A stretch of 64,000 nt of DNA from Acidimicrobiales bacterium (GTDB lineage Bacteria > Actinomycetota > Acidimicrobiia > Acidimicrobiales > Bin134): positions 2,184,208-2,248,207 of the forward strand of contig OY760141.1 of the NCBI GenBank assembly GCA_963663255.1. Direction: 5' to 3'. Position numbers and translations under genes: made by a program. Below the pieces are notes generated by a model. That model saw only the letters and a list, made by a program, of their open reading frames with translations, had not been told where the DNA came from and did not search any database. This document shows, piece by piece, positions 28,857 to 37,743 of the stretch. Within the stretch, counting starts at the first letter, position 1; every line of letters starts with the position of its first letter.

Positions 28857-29654
28857 ATGGGAACGATTGTCATCACCGGATCAGCGGGCGGAATCGGCCT
28901 GGCCACCAGGGAGCGTCTCTTGCGAGACGGCCATGAGGTGATAGGGGTGGACATACGCGATGCCGAGGTCATCGCCGATCTTTCCACCCCCGAGGGGCGC
29001 AATGCGATGATCGGTGCAGTAGCGGCGGCCAGCGGAGGCCGCATCGACGGGCTGGTGGCCGGAGCGGGCATCACCGGCCCCGAACCTGAGCAGGTGGTGT
29101 CGATCAACTACTTCGGGGCAGTGGCCACCGTTGAAGGGCTGCGCCCGCTGTTGGCCCAGGGCACCGACTCTTCGGCGGTGGCCATTAGCTCCAACTCCTG
29201 CACGACGCTGGTCGAATTGCCCGATGGTTTGGTGGAGGCCTGTCTAGACGACGACGAAGCCCAAGCCCGTGAGCTGGCCGGCTCCGATCCGAGCACGGCC
29301 TATGCAACCAGCAAGCTGGCCCTGGCCCGCTGGGTTCGGCGCACCGCCATCGGCCCCGACTGGATCGGCTCGGGCATCCGCTTGAACGGCGTGGCTCCCG
29401 GCCTCATTGACACCCCGCTGGTGGCCGAGAACCTGGACATGATCATGAACCTGGGCGACGTCTACCCCATCCCCATAGGGCGACCTGGGCGGGCTGCTGA
29501 GGTGGCCAACCTGCTGGCCTTCCTTCTGTCCCCCGACGCCAGCCTCTTCTGCGGCTCGGTGGTATTCATGGACGGCGGCAGCGACGCCGCCCTCAACGCC
29601 GACGCCTGGCCCGCCGTCAACACCACCGCCGAGCGCTGGCCAACCATCGAATAG
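28857..29654 (+). CDS. SDR family oxidoreductase (3-alpha-hydroxysteroid dehydrogenase-like)
   Basis: N-terminus MGTIVITGSAGGIGLATRERL (TGxxxGxG), with YATSK catalytic Tyr/Lys. Confidence 0.85.
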   Translation: MGTIVITGSAGGIGLATRERLLRDGHEVIGVDIRDAEVIADLSTPEGRNAMIGAVAAASGGRIDGLVAGAGITGPEPEQVVSINYFGAVATVEGLRPLLAQGTDSSAVAISSNSCTTLVELPDGLVEACLDDDEAQARELAGSDPSTAYATSKLALARWVRRTAIGPDWIGSGIRLNGVAPGLIDTPLVAENLDMIMNLGDVYPIPIGRPGRAAEVANLLAFLLSPDASLFCGSVVFMDGGSDAALNADAWPAVNTTAERWPTIE

Positions 29655-29714
29655 ATCTCCGGAAATTTTCCGGTGCCATGGAACCTTTCCTGGGCTTCAT
29701 GCGTTTAAGTTGCA

Positions 29715-30263
29715 GTGGACAGATGCGTGTCGGCTGAACGGCCAAACGAAGATGTCGAGGCAGATGAGATTCTGATCTCTGATGTCCGGCGGGCGGCAGT
29801 CGCCGACTTCGAATTGTTTTATCGCCAATATCATGCCGTCGTCTGCCGGGCTCTGGCTCTGACGCTAAACGACGTGGATCTGGCCCAAGACGCCGCCGCC
29901 GAGGCGATGACCCGGGCATATCAACGTTGGAATACGGTGGGCAAGTACCAGAACCCTTCCGGCTGGGTGTACCGAGTAGGGCTCAACTGGGCCCGCTCCC
30001 GGCTTCGCAGGATTTTGCGCAAACCCCCGCCCCAGCCGGTGCACACCGACGACATCGCTCAAGGGGTCGTCAACCAACTCGACGCCGCTTTGGCACAGCT
30101 CCCCGTCGGTCAGCGTTCGGCGGTGGTGCTCCGCTACTACCTCGATTGGTCAGAACGCCAGATCGCAGAAGCCCTGAACATCGCACCGGGAACGGTCAAG
30201 AGTCGGCTCAGCCGCGCCCTAGACCGCCTAGCAGATCTCGTGGAGGACTCCGATGGGATTTAA
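29715..30263 (+). CDS. ECF-type RNA polymerase sigma factor
   Basis: The region-2-like part is DAAAEAMTRAYQRWNTVGKYQNPSGWVYRVGLNWARS. The region-4 HTH is QRSAVVLRYYLDWSERQIAEALNIAPGTVKSRLSRAL. The start codon is uncertain. Confidence 0.8.
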   Translation: MDRCVSAERPNEDVEADEILISDVRRAAVADFELFYRQYHAVVCRALALTLNDVDLAQDAAAEAMTRAYQRWNTVGKYQNPSGWVYRVGLNWARSRLRRILRKPPPQPVHTDDIAQGVVNQLDAALAQLPVGQRSAVVLRYYLDWSERQIAEALNIAPGTVKSRLSRALDRLADLVEDSDGI

Positions 30264-31011
30264 CGAGGACTTGAGGAAACTACTCGACCGAAAGGCCCGG
30301 GGGATCCGCCTCGATCCGCCCGCGCTTCGCGACATCCGAGTGCGCGCCCGACGGCGACAGCGCAACCAGCGACTGGGCGCCGGCGTGGCCGTCCTCGCCG
30401 TCCTCGCCGCAGGCATCTTCGGTGTACGAGCCCTCGTCAATGAAGGTGAGACCCCCGAGAGGATCCAAGTGTTTGACGACAGCGGTGGCGCGAGCACACC
30501 CTCGGGAACAGACAACGGGAACGACGGAGGCGGAATCAACACTCCACCGATCGAGAACAACGACACCAACTCAAACCCACAGAACGAAATATCAGCAACC
30601 ACTTCTCCACGAGACGGGGATACGCTCACCGACGCCCAGGCCCAAGCCATCCATCCCAATGCGACTCCTACGGCGCACGCCACTGTTGTTCCGACTCCCA
30701 CGGCGCACGCCACTGTTGTTCCGACTCCCACGGCGCACGCCACTGTTGTTCCGACTCCCACGGCGCACGCCACTGTTGTTCCGACTCCCACGGCGCACTC
30801 CACTGTTGTTCCGACTCCCACGGCGCACTCCACTGTTGTTCCGACTCCCACGGCGCACGCCACTGTTGTTCCGACTCCTACGGCGGGGGCCACTGCCACG
30901 CCACGACTCGACAACGAATACTGCGACGACGAGTACGACGACGACTATGACGACGATGACTATGACGATGACTATGACGACGACGAGTACGACGACTGCT
31001 ACGACGACTAG
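30253..31011 (+). CDS. single-pass membrane protein co-transcribed with the ECF sigma (putative anti-sigma factor), with decapeptide repeats and an Asp/Tyr-rich tail
   Basis: It overlaps the sigma gene by 11 nt. One TM helix (LGAGVAVLAVLAAGIFGV) is present. The extracytoplasmic part carries (PTAHATVVPT)n and ends DDEYDDDYDDDDYDDDYDDDEYDDCYDD. No HxxxCxxC zinc motif is present. Confidence 0.6.
   Translation: MGFNEDLRKLLDRKARGIRLDPPALRDIRVRARRRQRNQRLGAGVAVLAVLAAGIFGVRALVNEGETPERIQVFDDSGGASTPSGTDNGNDGGGINTPPIENNDTNSNPQNEISATTSPRDGDTLTDAQAQAIHPNATPTAHATVVPTPTAHATVVPTPTAHATVVPTPTAHATVVPTPTAHSTVVPTPTAHSTVVPTPTAHATVVPTPTAGATATPRLDNEYCDDEYDDDYDDDDYDDDYDDDEYDDCYDD
30661..30900 (+). repeat. 8 x 30-bp in-frame tandem repeat
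   Basis: Unit ccgactcccacggcgcacgccactgttgtt. Units 2-4 and 7 are identical, units 5-6 carry one g>t change (Ala>Ser), and units 1 and 8 are degenerate. Confidence 0.95.
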
Positions 31012-31117
31012 GACTACGGCCAATAGCGGCTGGAGGGCACGACCCTCGAAGACCAGGAGCCCACCGAAGATGAACCTTCCTGGGGTATTCTCAGAGCAGC
31101 CCTGAGCTGGGAACCTC

Positions 31118-32821
31118 TTATCTCGCTGACTGGCGCTTTTGGATGCGGGCCCACTCGTCTCTGAGGCCGACGGTGCGGTGGAAGAGGTCAGGGGTTTCGG
31201 GGTCGCGGGCGAAGTAGCCGAGGCGCTCGAACTGGACGACTTGGCCGGGGGCGATGTCGGCCATGGCCGGTTCGAAGCGGGCACCTTCGATGACCTGGGC
31301 GGAGTCGGGGTTCAGCGAGTCCATGGGATCGGCGCCGTCGGTGCCGGGATGGGAGTCGGAGAACAGGCGCTCGTAGAGCACGGCCTTCCCGTCGAGGGCG
31401 TGGGCGGCCGACACCCAGTGGATGGTGGCCTTCACCTTGCGGCCGTCAGGCGCCTTGCCCGATCCGGTCTCGGGGTCGTAGGTGCAGCGGACCTCGGTGA
31501 CGTTCCCGTCGGCGTCGGTGTCCACCCCGGTGCAGGTCACGAAGTAGCCCGACCGCAGCCTTACCTCCCGACCCGGTGACAGCCGGAAGTATTTGGGAGG
31601 CGGATCGAGCATGAAGTCATCGTGTTCGATGTAGAGCTCTCTTGAGAACGGCACCTCCCGGGCCCCGGCCGACGGGTCCTCGGGGTTGTTGTTCGCCTCC
31701 CGCATCTCCACCTGGCCCTCGGGATAGTTCTCGATCACCAGGCGCAGCGGGTTGAGCACCGCCATCCGGCGCAGCGATACCTCATTGAGCTCCCGGCGGA
31801 CGAACGACTCCAGCAGCTCCACCTCCACCGTTCCATCAACCCGGGCCACCCCTACGTGGCGGCAGAACTCCCGGATGGCCTTTGGGGGGAAGCCCCGACG
31901 GCGAAGACCCCGGAGGGTGGGCATCCGGGGGTCGTCCCAGCCGTCGACATGGCCATCGCCCACCAACTGCAACATTCGGCGCTTGGACAACACGGCGTGG
32001 GTGACGTTCAAGCGGGCGAACTCGGTCTGGCGGGGGCGGTCGCCGGGCAGGTCGAGATGGTCCAAGAACCAGTCGTACAGCGGGCGGTGGGCGTCGAACT
32101 CCAGGGTGCAGATGGAGTTGGTCACCCCTTCCACCGCGTCGCTCTGGCCGTGGGCCCAGTCGTAGGTGGGGTAGATGCACCACTCGTCTCCCGTACGGTG
32201 GTGGCTGGCGTGGCGGATGCGGTACAGCACCGGATCGCGCATGAGCATGTTCTCGTGGGCCATGTCGATGCGGGCCCGCAGCACCCGCTCGCCGTCGGCG
32301 AACTTCCCCGCCCGCATCCGCCGGAATAGGTCGAGGTTTTCTTCGGGGGTGCGGTTGCGCCACGGGCTGTCGGTGCCGGCCTCGGTGAAGCTGCCACGAT
32401 TCTCGGAGATGGCCTCGGCGTCCTGGTCGTCCACGTAGGCCAGCCCGGCCCGGATGAGGTCTTCGGCCCACTGGTAGAGCTGCTCGAAGTAGTCGGAGGC
32501 ATACAGGGTGCCCCGGTCGGATTGGTAGCCCAGCCAGGCGATGTCCTCCTCTATGGCGGCCACGAAATCGGACCGCTCGGTCTCGGGGTTGGTGTCGTCG
32601 AACCGCAGGTTGCAGGTGCCGCCGAACTCGGCGGCCAGATCGAAGTTCAGGCATATCGACTTGGCGTGGCCGATGTGGAGGTAGCCGTTGGGCTCGGGGG
32701 GGAAGCGAGTCTGCACCCGTCCGCCGAAAGTGCCGTCGGCGATGTCCTGGCGGATCAGGCTGCGAATGAAGTCGCTGCGCTCGCCGGGATCGTCGCCTCC
32801 GGTGCTCCCGGCATTGCTCAT
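31118..32821 (-). CDS. glnS: glutamine--tRNA ligase
   Basis: Class I HIGH motif (PEPNGYLHIGHAKS), a KMSKS-like motif (VLSKRR), and a C-terminal GlnRS anticodon-binding beta-barrel pattern. 567 aa. Confidence 0.9.
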   Translation of the reverse strand: MSNAGSTGGDDPGERSDFIRSLIRQDIADGTFGGRVQTRFPPEPNGYLHIGHAKSICLNFDLAAEFGGTCNLRFDDTNPETERSDFVAAIEEDIAWLGYQSDRGTLYASDYFEQLYQWAEDLIRAGLAYVDDQDAEAISENRGSFTEAGTDSPWRNRTPEENLDLFRRMRAGKFADGERVLRARIDMAHENMLMRDPVLYRIRHASHHRTGDEWCIYPTYDWAHGQSDAVEGVTNSICTLEFDAHRPLYDWFLDHLDLPGDRPRQTEFARLNVTHAVLSKRRMLQLVGDGHVDGWDDPRMPTLRGLRRRGFPPKAIREFCRHVGVARVDGTVEVELLESFVRRELNEVSLRRMAVLNPLRLVIENYPEGQVEMREANNNPEDPSAGAREVPFSRELYIEHDDFMLDPPPKYFRLSPGREVRLRSGYFVTCTGVDTDADGNVTEVRCTYDPETGSGKAPDGRKVKATIHWVSAAHALDGKAVLYERLFSDSHPGTDGADPMDSLNPDSAQVIEGARFEPAMADIAPGQVVQFERLGYFARDPETPDLFHRTVGLRDEWARIQKRQSAR

Positions 32822-32867
32822 CCCTCAATCCTTGACCGATACAGGGCCCAACGACAACGCATTATCA

Positions 32868-34040
32868 ATGGCAATAGCGCGAAACTGGGATATGGCCTAT
32901 TCGATCATCGATGTCGACACCCATATCACCGAGCCGGCCGACACCTGGACCAGCCGGGTGTCTGCCCGTCACCGCGACCACGTTCCCCGGGTGGAGGTGG
33001 CCGAAGGCCGGGAGGTGTGGCTTTTGGGCGACGAGCGCATCGGCGCAGTGGGTCCGACGGCCCCCGCCGGGTGGAAGGAGCCCATGCCCGACTCCCCGGC
33101 TGGCTACGACGACGTGCATCCGGCGGCCTACGACGCCGGGGCCCGCTTGGAGCTCATGGACCAGCGCGGCGTGTGGGCCGAGGTGCTGTATCCCAACGTG
33201 GGCGGTTTCGGCGCCCAGAAGTTCTTGGCCATCGAAGACGCCGAGCTCAAATACGAGTGTGTGAGGGCCTACAACGACTTCCTCTCGGAGTGGTGCAGCG
33301 CGGATGACCGGCGGCTGATCCCGTCGATGGCCACGCCGTTCTGGGATGTGGACTATGCGGTGGCCGAGGTGCAGCGGTGCGCGGCAAAGGGCTACCGGTC
33401 GGTGAACTTCACCGGCGAACCCCAGGTGTTCGGCCTGCCCTATCTGGGCGAATCCCACTGGGACCCGTTCTGGTCGGCGATATGCGACTGCGACATGGTG
33501 GTGTCGTTCCACATCGGCAGCGGCGAGTTCAACTGGGACCGCACCCGGGTGGAGCGCCGGGGCTTCGTGGAGGCCTACGCCCTGCAATCCATCGACTTGT
33601 TCACCAAGAACGGCATCCAGGTGTGCGACCTTTTGCTTTCGGGCGTGCTTCCCCGATTCCCCAAGCTGAAGGTGGTGTCGGTGGAGTCGGGCATCGGCTG
33701 GCTGCCGTTCATGCTCGAGGCGCTCGACCACCAGTTTGTCGAGGGCGGCGGCCGCCAGGAGCGGCCCGAGTTCAAAAAGCTGCCTAGCGAATACTTCACC
33801 GGGCAGGTTTTCACCACGTTCTGGTTTGAGGAATCGGCGCCCCAAGACGTGCTGGGCGACCGGATCCCGCTCGACAACGTGCTGTTCGAGACCGACTTCC
33901 CCCACCCCACGTGCTTGTACGACAACGTGGAGGAAAAGATCTCCGCCAGCCTCAGCCACTTCTCCCCCGAAGACCGCCACCAGCTCCTGTGGGGCAACGC
34001 CGAGAAACTGTACCGAGTGGAATCGCCCATCCTGCCATGA
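32868..34040 (+). CDS. amidohydrolase family protein (amidohydrolase_2 / ACMSD-like)
   Basis: IIDVDTHITEP metal-binding N-terminus, with later FHIG and ETDFPH motifs. The start is ATG 32868 or 32892. The upstream part of the tracked ORF is antisense to glnS. Confidence 0.8.
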   Translation: MAIARNWDMAYSIIDVDTHITEPADTWTSRVSARHRDHVPRVEVAEGREVWLLGDERIGAVGPTAPAGWKEPMPDSPAGYDDVHPAAYDAGARLELMDQRGVWAEVLYPNVGGFGAQKFLAIEDAELKYECVRAYNDFLSEWCSADDRRLIPSMATPFWDVDYAVAEVQRCAAKGYRSVNFTGEPQVFGLPYLGESHWDPFWSAICDCDMVVSFHIGSGEFNWDRTRVERRGFVEAYALQSIDLFTKNGIQVCDLLLSGVLPRFPKLKVVSVESGIGWLPFMLEALDHQFVEGGGRQERPEFKKLPSEYFTGQVFTTFWFEESAPQDVLGDRIPLDNVLFETDFPHPTCLYDNVEEKISASLSHFSPEDRHQLLWGNAEKLYRVESPILP

Positions 34041-35473
34041 GCGAAAACTGGGACCGGCAGGCTGATGTTGTGGTGTTGGGCATGGGCGCGGCCGGGTGTG
34101 CGGCGGCCATCTCCGCAGCCGATGCGGGGGCGTCGGTCATCTTGTTGGAGAAGATGCCCGAGGGGCGCGAGGGAGGCAACACCCGGATCTCTGGGGGGAT
34201 CTGGTTCAACAGCCTCGACCCAGATGGGATGGCCACTTACCTGAGGTCGCTGTGCGGCCCCTACACCCTGCCCGAGGAGATCGTGCAGGTGTGGGCCACC
34301 GAGACCTACAAGAACACCGAGTGGCTGGAAGGCCTGGGGGTGACCCCCGGCGTCCACGCCGACTACAAGCCCGAGTATCCCGAGATGCCCGGGGCCGAGT
34401 TCTACGGGGGCTATCTGGGGGTCAACGGGGAGATGGGCCAGCAGCTCTTGTGGAAGGCCCTGTCGGCCGTGGTGCGGGACCGGGGCGTTGAGGTGCTGCT
34501 GGACTCCCCGGCCCAAGAGCTGGTGACCGGCGATGACGGAGCGGTGGTCGGAGTGGAGGCCACCTCTGGCGGCCAACCGCTGCGGGTGGGCGCCCGCCGA
34601 GGAGTGGTTTTGGCCACCGGCGGCTTCGAGAACAACCCGGAGATGGTGCGCGACTACTTGCAGCTTCCCGGCTCCCCGGTATGGGGCTCGCCGGCGGGCA
34701 CTGGCGACGGCATCAAGATGGCCCAAAAGGCGGGGGCCGATCTGTGGCACATGGACAACATGATGGCGGCCCTCGGCTTTGCCGCCGAGGGGTTCGAAGC
34801 GGGGATGTACGTGATGTTCATCTTCTCCATGGGATTCATCTGCGTGGGCAACGACGGCCGACGGTCCCACAATGAGATGCCGCCCCAAGGCCACGGCCAC
34901 GGTCTGATCGACGGCGACTACGAGCTGTTCCAGCGCCGGCCGCTGCACGTGATCTTCGACGAGGCCACCCGGCAGGCCGGCCCCATCTCGCCGCCCCGGG
35001 AGATCCTACCGGTGGGGTGGAATCTGCTCATGGAGGGCTACGAGTGGAGCGCCGACAACTCGGCCGAGATCGAGAAGGGCTGGATCAAAAAGGCCGACAC
35101 CCTCGCCGAGCTCGCTGAAATTATGGGCATCGATGCCGACGGGCTGGAGGCGTCGGTGGCTTCATGGAACGACGCCTGCGCCGCCGGGCACGACCCGCTG
35201 GGCCGCCCCGCGCCCACCCTGGCCCCGCTGGCCACTCCCCCGTTCTACGGCTTCACCTCAGCGCCGCTATTGGGCTGGACCAACGGCGGACCCCGCCGCA
35301 ACGAGAAGGCCCAGGTGCTCGACCCCTTCGGCGAGGCCATCGGCCGCCTCTACGCCGCCGGCACCGTCAGCTCCACCTACAGCCGGTGCAAAGACGGCGG
35401 CTTCCACATCGGCGACGCCTTGGCCTTTGGCCGGGTGGCTGGCGGCAACGCGGCGAGCGAAACCCCTCGCTGA
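34037..35473 (+). CDS. FAD-dependent oxidoreductase (FAD_binding_2; KstD / fumarate-reductase flavoprotein-like)
   Basis: ATGA overlap with the upstream stop. The dinucleotide fold is DVVVLGMGAAGCAAAISAADAGASVILLEK. The C-terminus RLYAAGTVSS is typical of this family. Confidence 0.8.
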   Translation: MSENWDRQADVVVLGMGAAGCAAAISAADAGASVILLEKMPEGREGGNTRISGGIWFNSLDPDGMATYLRSLCGPYTLPEEIVQVWATETYKNTEWLEGLGVTPGVHADYKPEYPEMPGAEFYGGYLGVNGEMGQQLLWKALSAVVRDRGVEVLLDSPAQELVTGDDGAVVGVEATSGGQPLRVGARRGVVLATGGFENNPEMVRDYLQLPGSPVWGSPAGTGDGIKMAQKAGADLWHMDNMMAALGFAAEGFEAGMYVMFIFSMGFICVGNDGRRSHNEMPPQGHGHGLIDGDYELFQRRPLHVIFDEATRQAGPISPPREILPVGWNLLMEGYEWSADNSAEIEKGWIKKADTLAELAEIMGIDADGLEASVASWNDACAAGHDPLGRPAPTLAPLATPPFYGFTSAPLLGWTNGGPRRNEKAQVLDPFGEAIGRLYAAGTVSSTYSRCKDGGFHIGDALAFGRVAGGNAASETPR

Positions 35474-35480
35474 TTCGGGA

Positions 35481-35885
35481 CTAGGGCCAAGACCTCCACG
35501 AGACGATGTCCATGGCGATCACCGGACCGGGAGGTCGGGTGGCTTGGTATTGGGGGTATTTGGCGGCCAGCAGATCGAGGGCGTGGTCGCGCTCGTCACC
35601 GTCGACTAGCACTCGGGCGGTGCCGTCCACTCGGATCCACCACAACTTCGACCAGTCGTCGTCGTAGCAGTCGACCAACAGGCAGGCCGCGGGGTTGGCG
35701 GCCAGGTTGTCGAGGCGGCGCAGCGCCAGGGTGGACTTGGGCTTGGCGTCGATCGCCGAGTACACCACATCGCCCTTGAGGAAGAAACAGCACGGCACCG
35801 CGTGGGGCCGGCCGTCGGCGGTGACGGTGCTCAACACGGCGGAGCGAGCCTCTGCTACCCGCTGCCCCATCTCGCCCTTCTCCAT
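35481..35885 (-). CDS. PPOX-class probable F420-dependent enzyme
   Basis: 134 aa. AVLSTVTADGRPHAVPCCFFL...WWIRVDGTARV fits the split-barrel flavin/deazaflavin family. Confidence 0.75.
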   Translation of the reverse strand: MEKGEMGQRVAEARSAVLSTVTADGRPHAVPCCFFLKGDVVYSAIDAKPKSTLALRRLDNLAANPAACLLVDCYDDDWSKLWWIRVDGTARVLVDGDERDHALDLLAAKYPQYQATRPPGPVIAMDIVSWRSWP

Positions 35886-35972
35886 CTCTGCACTCTAGGA
35901 ATTCTGCGGATGAGGTGGGAGCAAAGGGGACTTTGAACCAACTCGAAGGGGCAAGGCAGGTAGAACTTTGCT

Positions 35973-36845
35973 GTGGTCCGAGTGCCCCGATCGGAGTCGA
36001 TTGCCCCCGAACCGCTGTTCATGGTGGGGGCAGTGTCGCAGTATCTGGGCGCAGCGGTGGCCGTTCACCTGTTCGACGAGATGGCCCCAGCGGGGGTAGC
36101 GCTGGTGCGGGTGCTGGGCGCGGCGGTGATGATCATTTTGCTGCGGCGCTCTTGGCGGCGCCGCTGGAAGGCCAGCGACCTGGCCTGGGCATCGGCCTTC
36201 GGGATGGCGCTGGCCGCCATGAACCTGTCGATCTATCTGGCCATCGACGAGCTGCCGTTGGGCAACGCGGTGGCCATCGAGTTCACCGGCCCGATCCTGG
36301 TGGCCGCCGTCGGTACCCGCACCCTTCGCTCCGGCTCCGCGCTGCTTTTGGCCGCTGGCGGGGTCGTGGTGCTGGCCGGGGTGGAGGCCGACGGCACCAT
36401 GCGGGGGGTGGGGTTCGCCTTGTTGGCTGGCATGTTCTGGGCCGGCTATATCGTGCTCGGCCACCGAGTGGCCCGCGGCCCAGCCGCGGTGGACGGGTTG
36501 GGCCTGGGGATGCTGGCCGGTGCGGCGGCCATTTGCGGCTTCGGTGCCTCCGAGGTGGGATCGGCGCTGGACTCGCCGGTGGTGCTGCTGTTGGCCCTGG
36601 CTACCGGGCTGTTGTCCAACGTCATCCCCTACTGGATCGACCAGTTGGTCATGAAGCGCATCACCCAGCACCGCTTTGCCCTGTTGCAGGCGCTGCTTCC
36701 CGCCACCGCGGTGCTGGTGGGATTGTCCGTGCTCCTCCAGATACCGAGCGCCAGAGAACTGTTTGGCATCGCCTTGGTAATTGCCGCTATCTTGCTCAGC
36801 CGCTCCGTGAAGGGACCCGGCGGCACTGCGGCCGGGGAGGGATAA
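35973..36845 (+). CDS. EamA/DMT family transporter (RhtA-like)
   Basis: Ten predicted hydrophobic helices, with a LGNAVAIEFTGPILVA motif resembling RhtA. The start is GTG 35973 or ATG 36021. Confidence 0.8.
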   Translation: MVRVPRSESIAPEPLFMVGAVSQYLGAAVAVHLFDEMAPAGVALVRVLGAAVMIILLRRSWRRRWKASDLAWASAFGMALAAMNLSIYLAIDELPLGNAVAIEFTGPILVAAVGTRTLRSGSALLLAAGGVVVLAGVEADGTMRGVGFALLAGMFWAGYIVLGHRVARGPAAVDGLGLGMLAGAAAICGFGASEVGSALDSPVVLLLALATGLLSNVIPYWIDQLVMKRITQHRFALLQALLPATAVLVGLSVLLQIPSARELFGIALVIAAILLSRSVKGPGGTAAGEG

Positions 36846-36870
36846 TGGGTAACGGAGTGATGCAAGATGC

Positions 36871-36899
36871 TTGCTATGTCAATATCTTGCCTGTAATTT
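36871..36899 (+). promoter_or_regulatory. candidate sigma-70-type promoter (TTGCTA-N17-TAATTT)
   Basis: It lies in the most AT-rich stretch of the window (36846..36947), directly upstream of the secreted transglycosylase-like gene. Pattern match only. Confidence 0.25.
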
Positions 36900-36947
36900 C
36901 TACAACCGCTTTTTGTGTTTATACGCAAGAGCCCCACTTCCTTCTTC

Positions 36948-37367
36948 ATGCGCACTATCCGCTTGCTCAGCTTCATCGCCCTGTTTGGCTTGGCCCTGGT
37001 TGCCCCAGGGGGCAGCACCGACAGCTTCGACCACTTCGGCGTGGAGCAGTGGCGCCCTCTGGTGGAGGAGATCTTTCCGGCCGACGAAGTGGACGACGTT
37101 CTCTCGGTGATGGCTTGTGAGTCTCACGGCAATCCAAACACCCGCTACATGGAGGAGTGGGGAGTGGAATCAGTGGGGTTGATGCAGATCAACGAGGGGT
37201 GGCTGACGGGCTGGAGTCAGCCGGAATGGTCGATTCTCTCCCACAACGGGCAGCCCGTCGACCTCACCGATCCGGCGACAAACCTGCAAGCGGCCAAATT
37301 TGTCCGGTACTTCGAAGAGGAAACTGATCTAAGACCGTGGTCACAATGGGCCTGTCAGCCCCAGTAA
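36948..37367 (+). CDS. small secreted lytic-transglycosylase-like protein
   Basis: Signal peptide MRTIRLLSFIALFGLALVAPGG. The motifs MACESHGNPN...GLMQIN resemble the goose-type/SLT catalytic E-S...GLMQ arrangement. Confidence 0.65.
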   Translation: MRTIRLLSFIALFGLALVAPGGSTDSFDHFGVEQWRPLVEEIFPADEVDDVLSVMACESHGNPNTRYMEEWGVESVGLMQINEGWLTGWSQPEWSILSHNGQPVDLTDPATNLQAAKFVRYFEEETDLRPWSQWACQPQ

Positions 37368-37392
37368 ACGGGAATAGCCGGTATCCTTCAGC

Positions 37393-37737
37393 GTGTCTTT
37401 CGTGGGGATTTACGACGCAGATGGGGGGCTCAGCGGCGAGCTGCGGTACGTGGCTGGCAAGCTTTTGGGTCGGGGAAAGTGTGCTCTTTGCGACATTACC
37501 CATGGGTGGAACCCGATGGGCTCTAAGAGCTGGAAGCAGGCGTGTGCGGTGTCGGACGTCGAGTTAGAGCTCTTGCATCGAAACGAGGCCACTGCCGAGC
37601 AACTCGCCGCCTCTTCTGGGCTGCCCGCCATCCTCCGTCAGGGCGACGGACAATGGAGCGAAGTTCTCACCAAAGATGAGATCGCCCAATACGTGGGCGC
37701 CCCCGACGCACTTCTGGAGCGCTTGGACGCGATCTAG
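37393..37737 (+). CDS. hypothetical protein with CxxC motif
   Basis: 114 aa with a GTG start, GC3-rich coding, and the motif GKCALCDITHGWNP. I do not recognise the family. Confidence 0.5.
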   Translation: MSFVGIYDADGGLSGELRYVAGKLLGRGKCALCDITHGWNPMGSKSWKQACAVSDVELELLHRNEATAEQLAASSGLPAILRQGDGQWSEVLTKDEIAQYVGAPDALLERLDAI

Positions 37738-37743
37738 CCGCGC

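Noticed and set aside
30661-30900. The 30-bp repeat array (and the 33-bp array at 10190..10321) as possible CRISPR arrays.
   Set aside because: The units are directly contiguous with no spacers, lie inside ORFs, and keep the reading frame (a multiple of 3). No cas genes are present.
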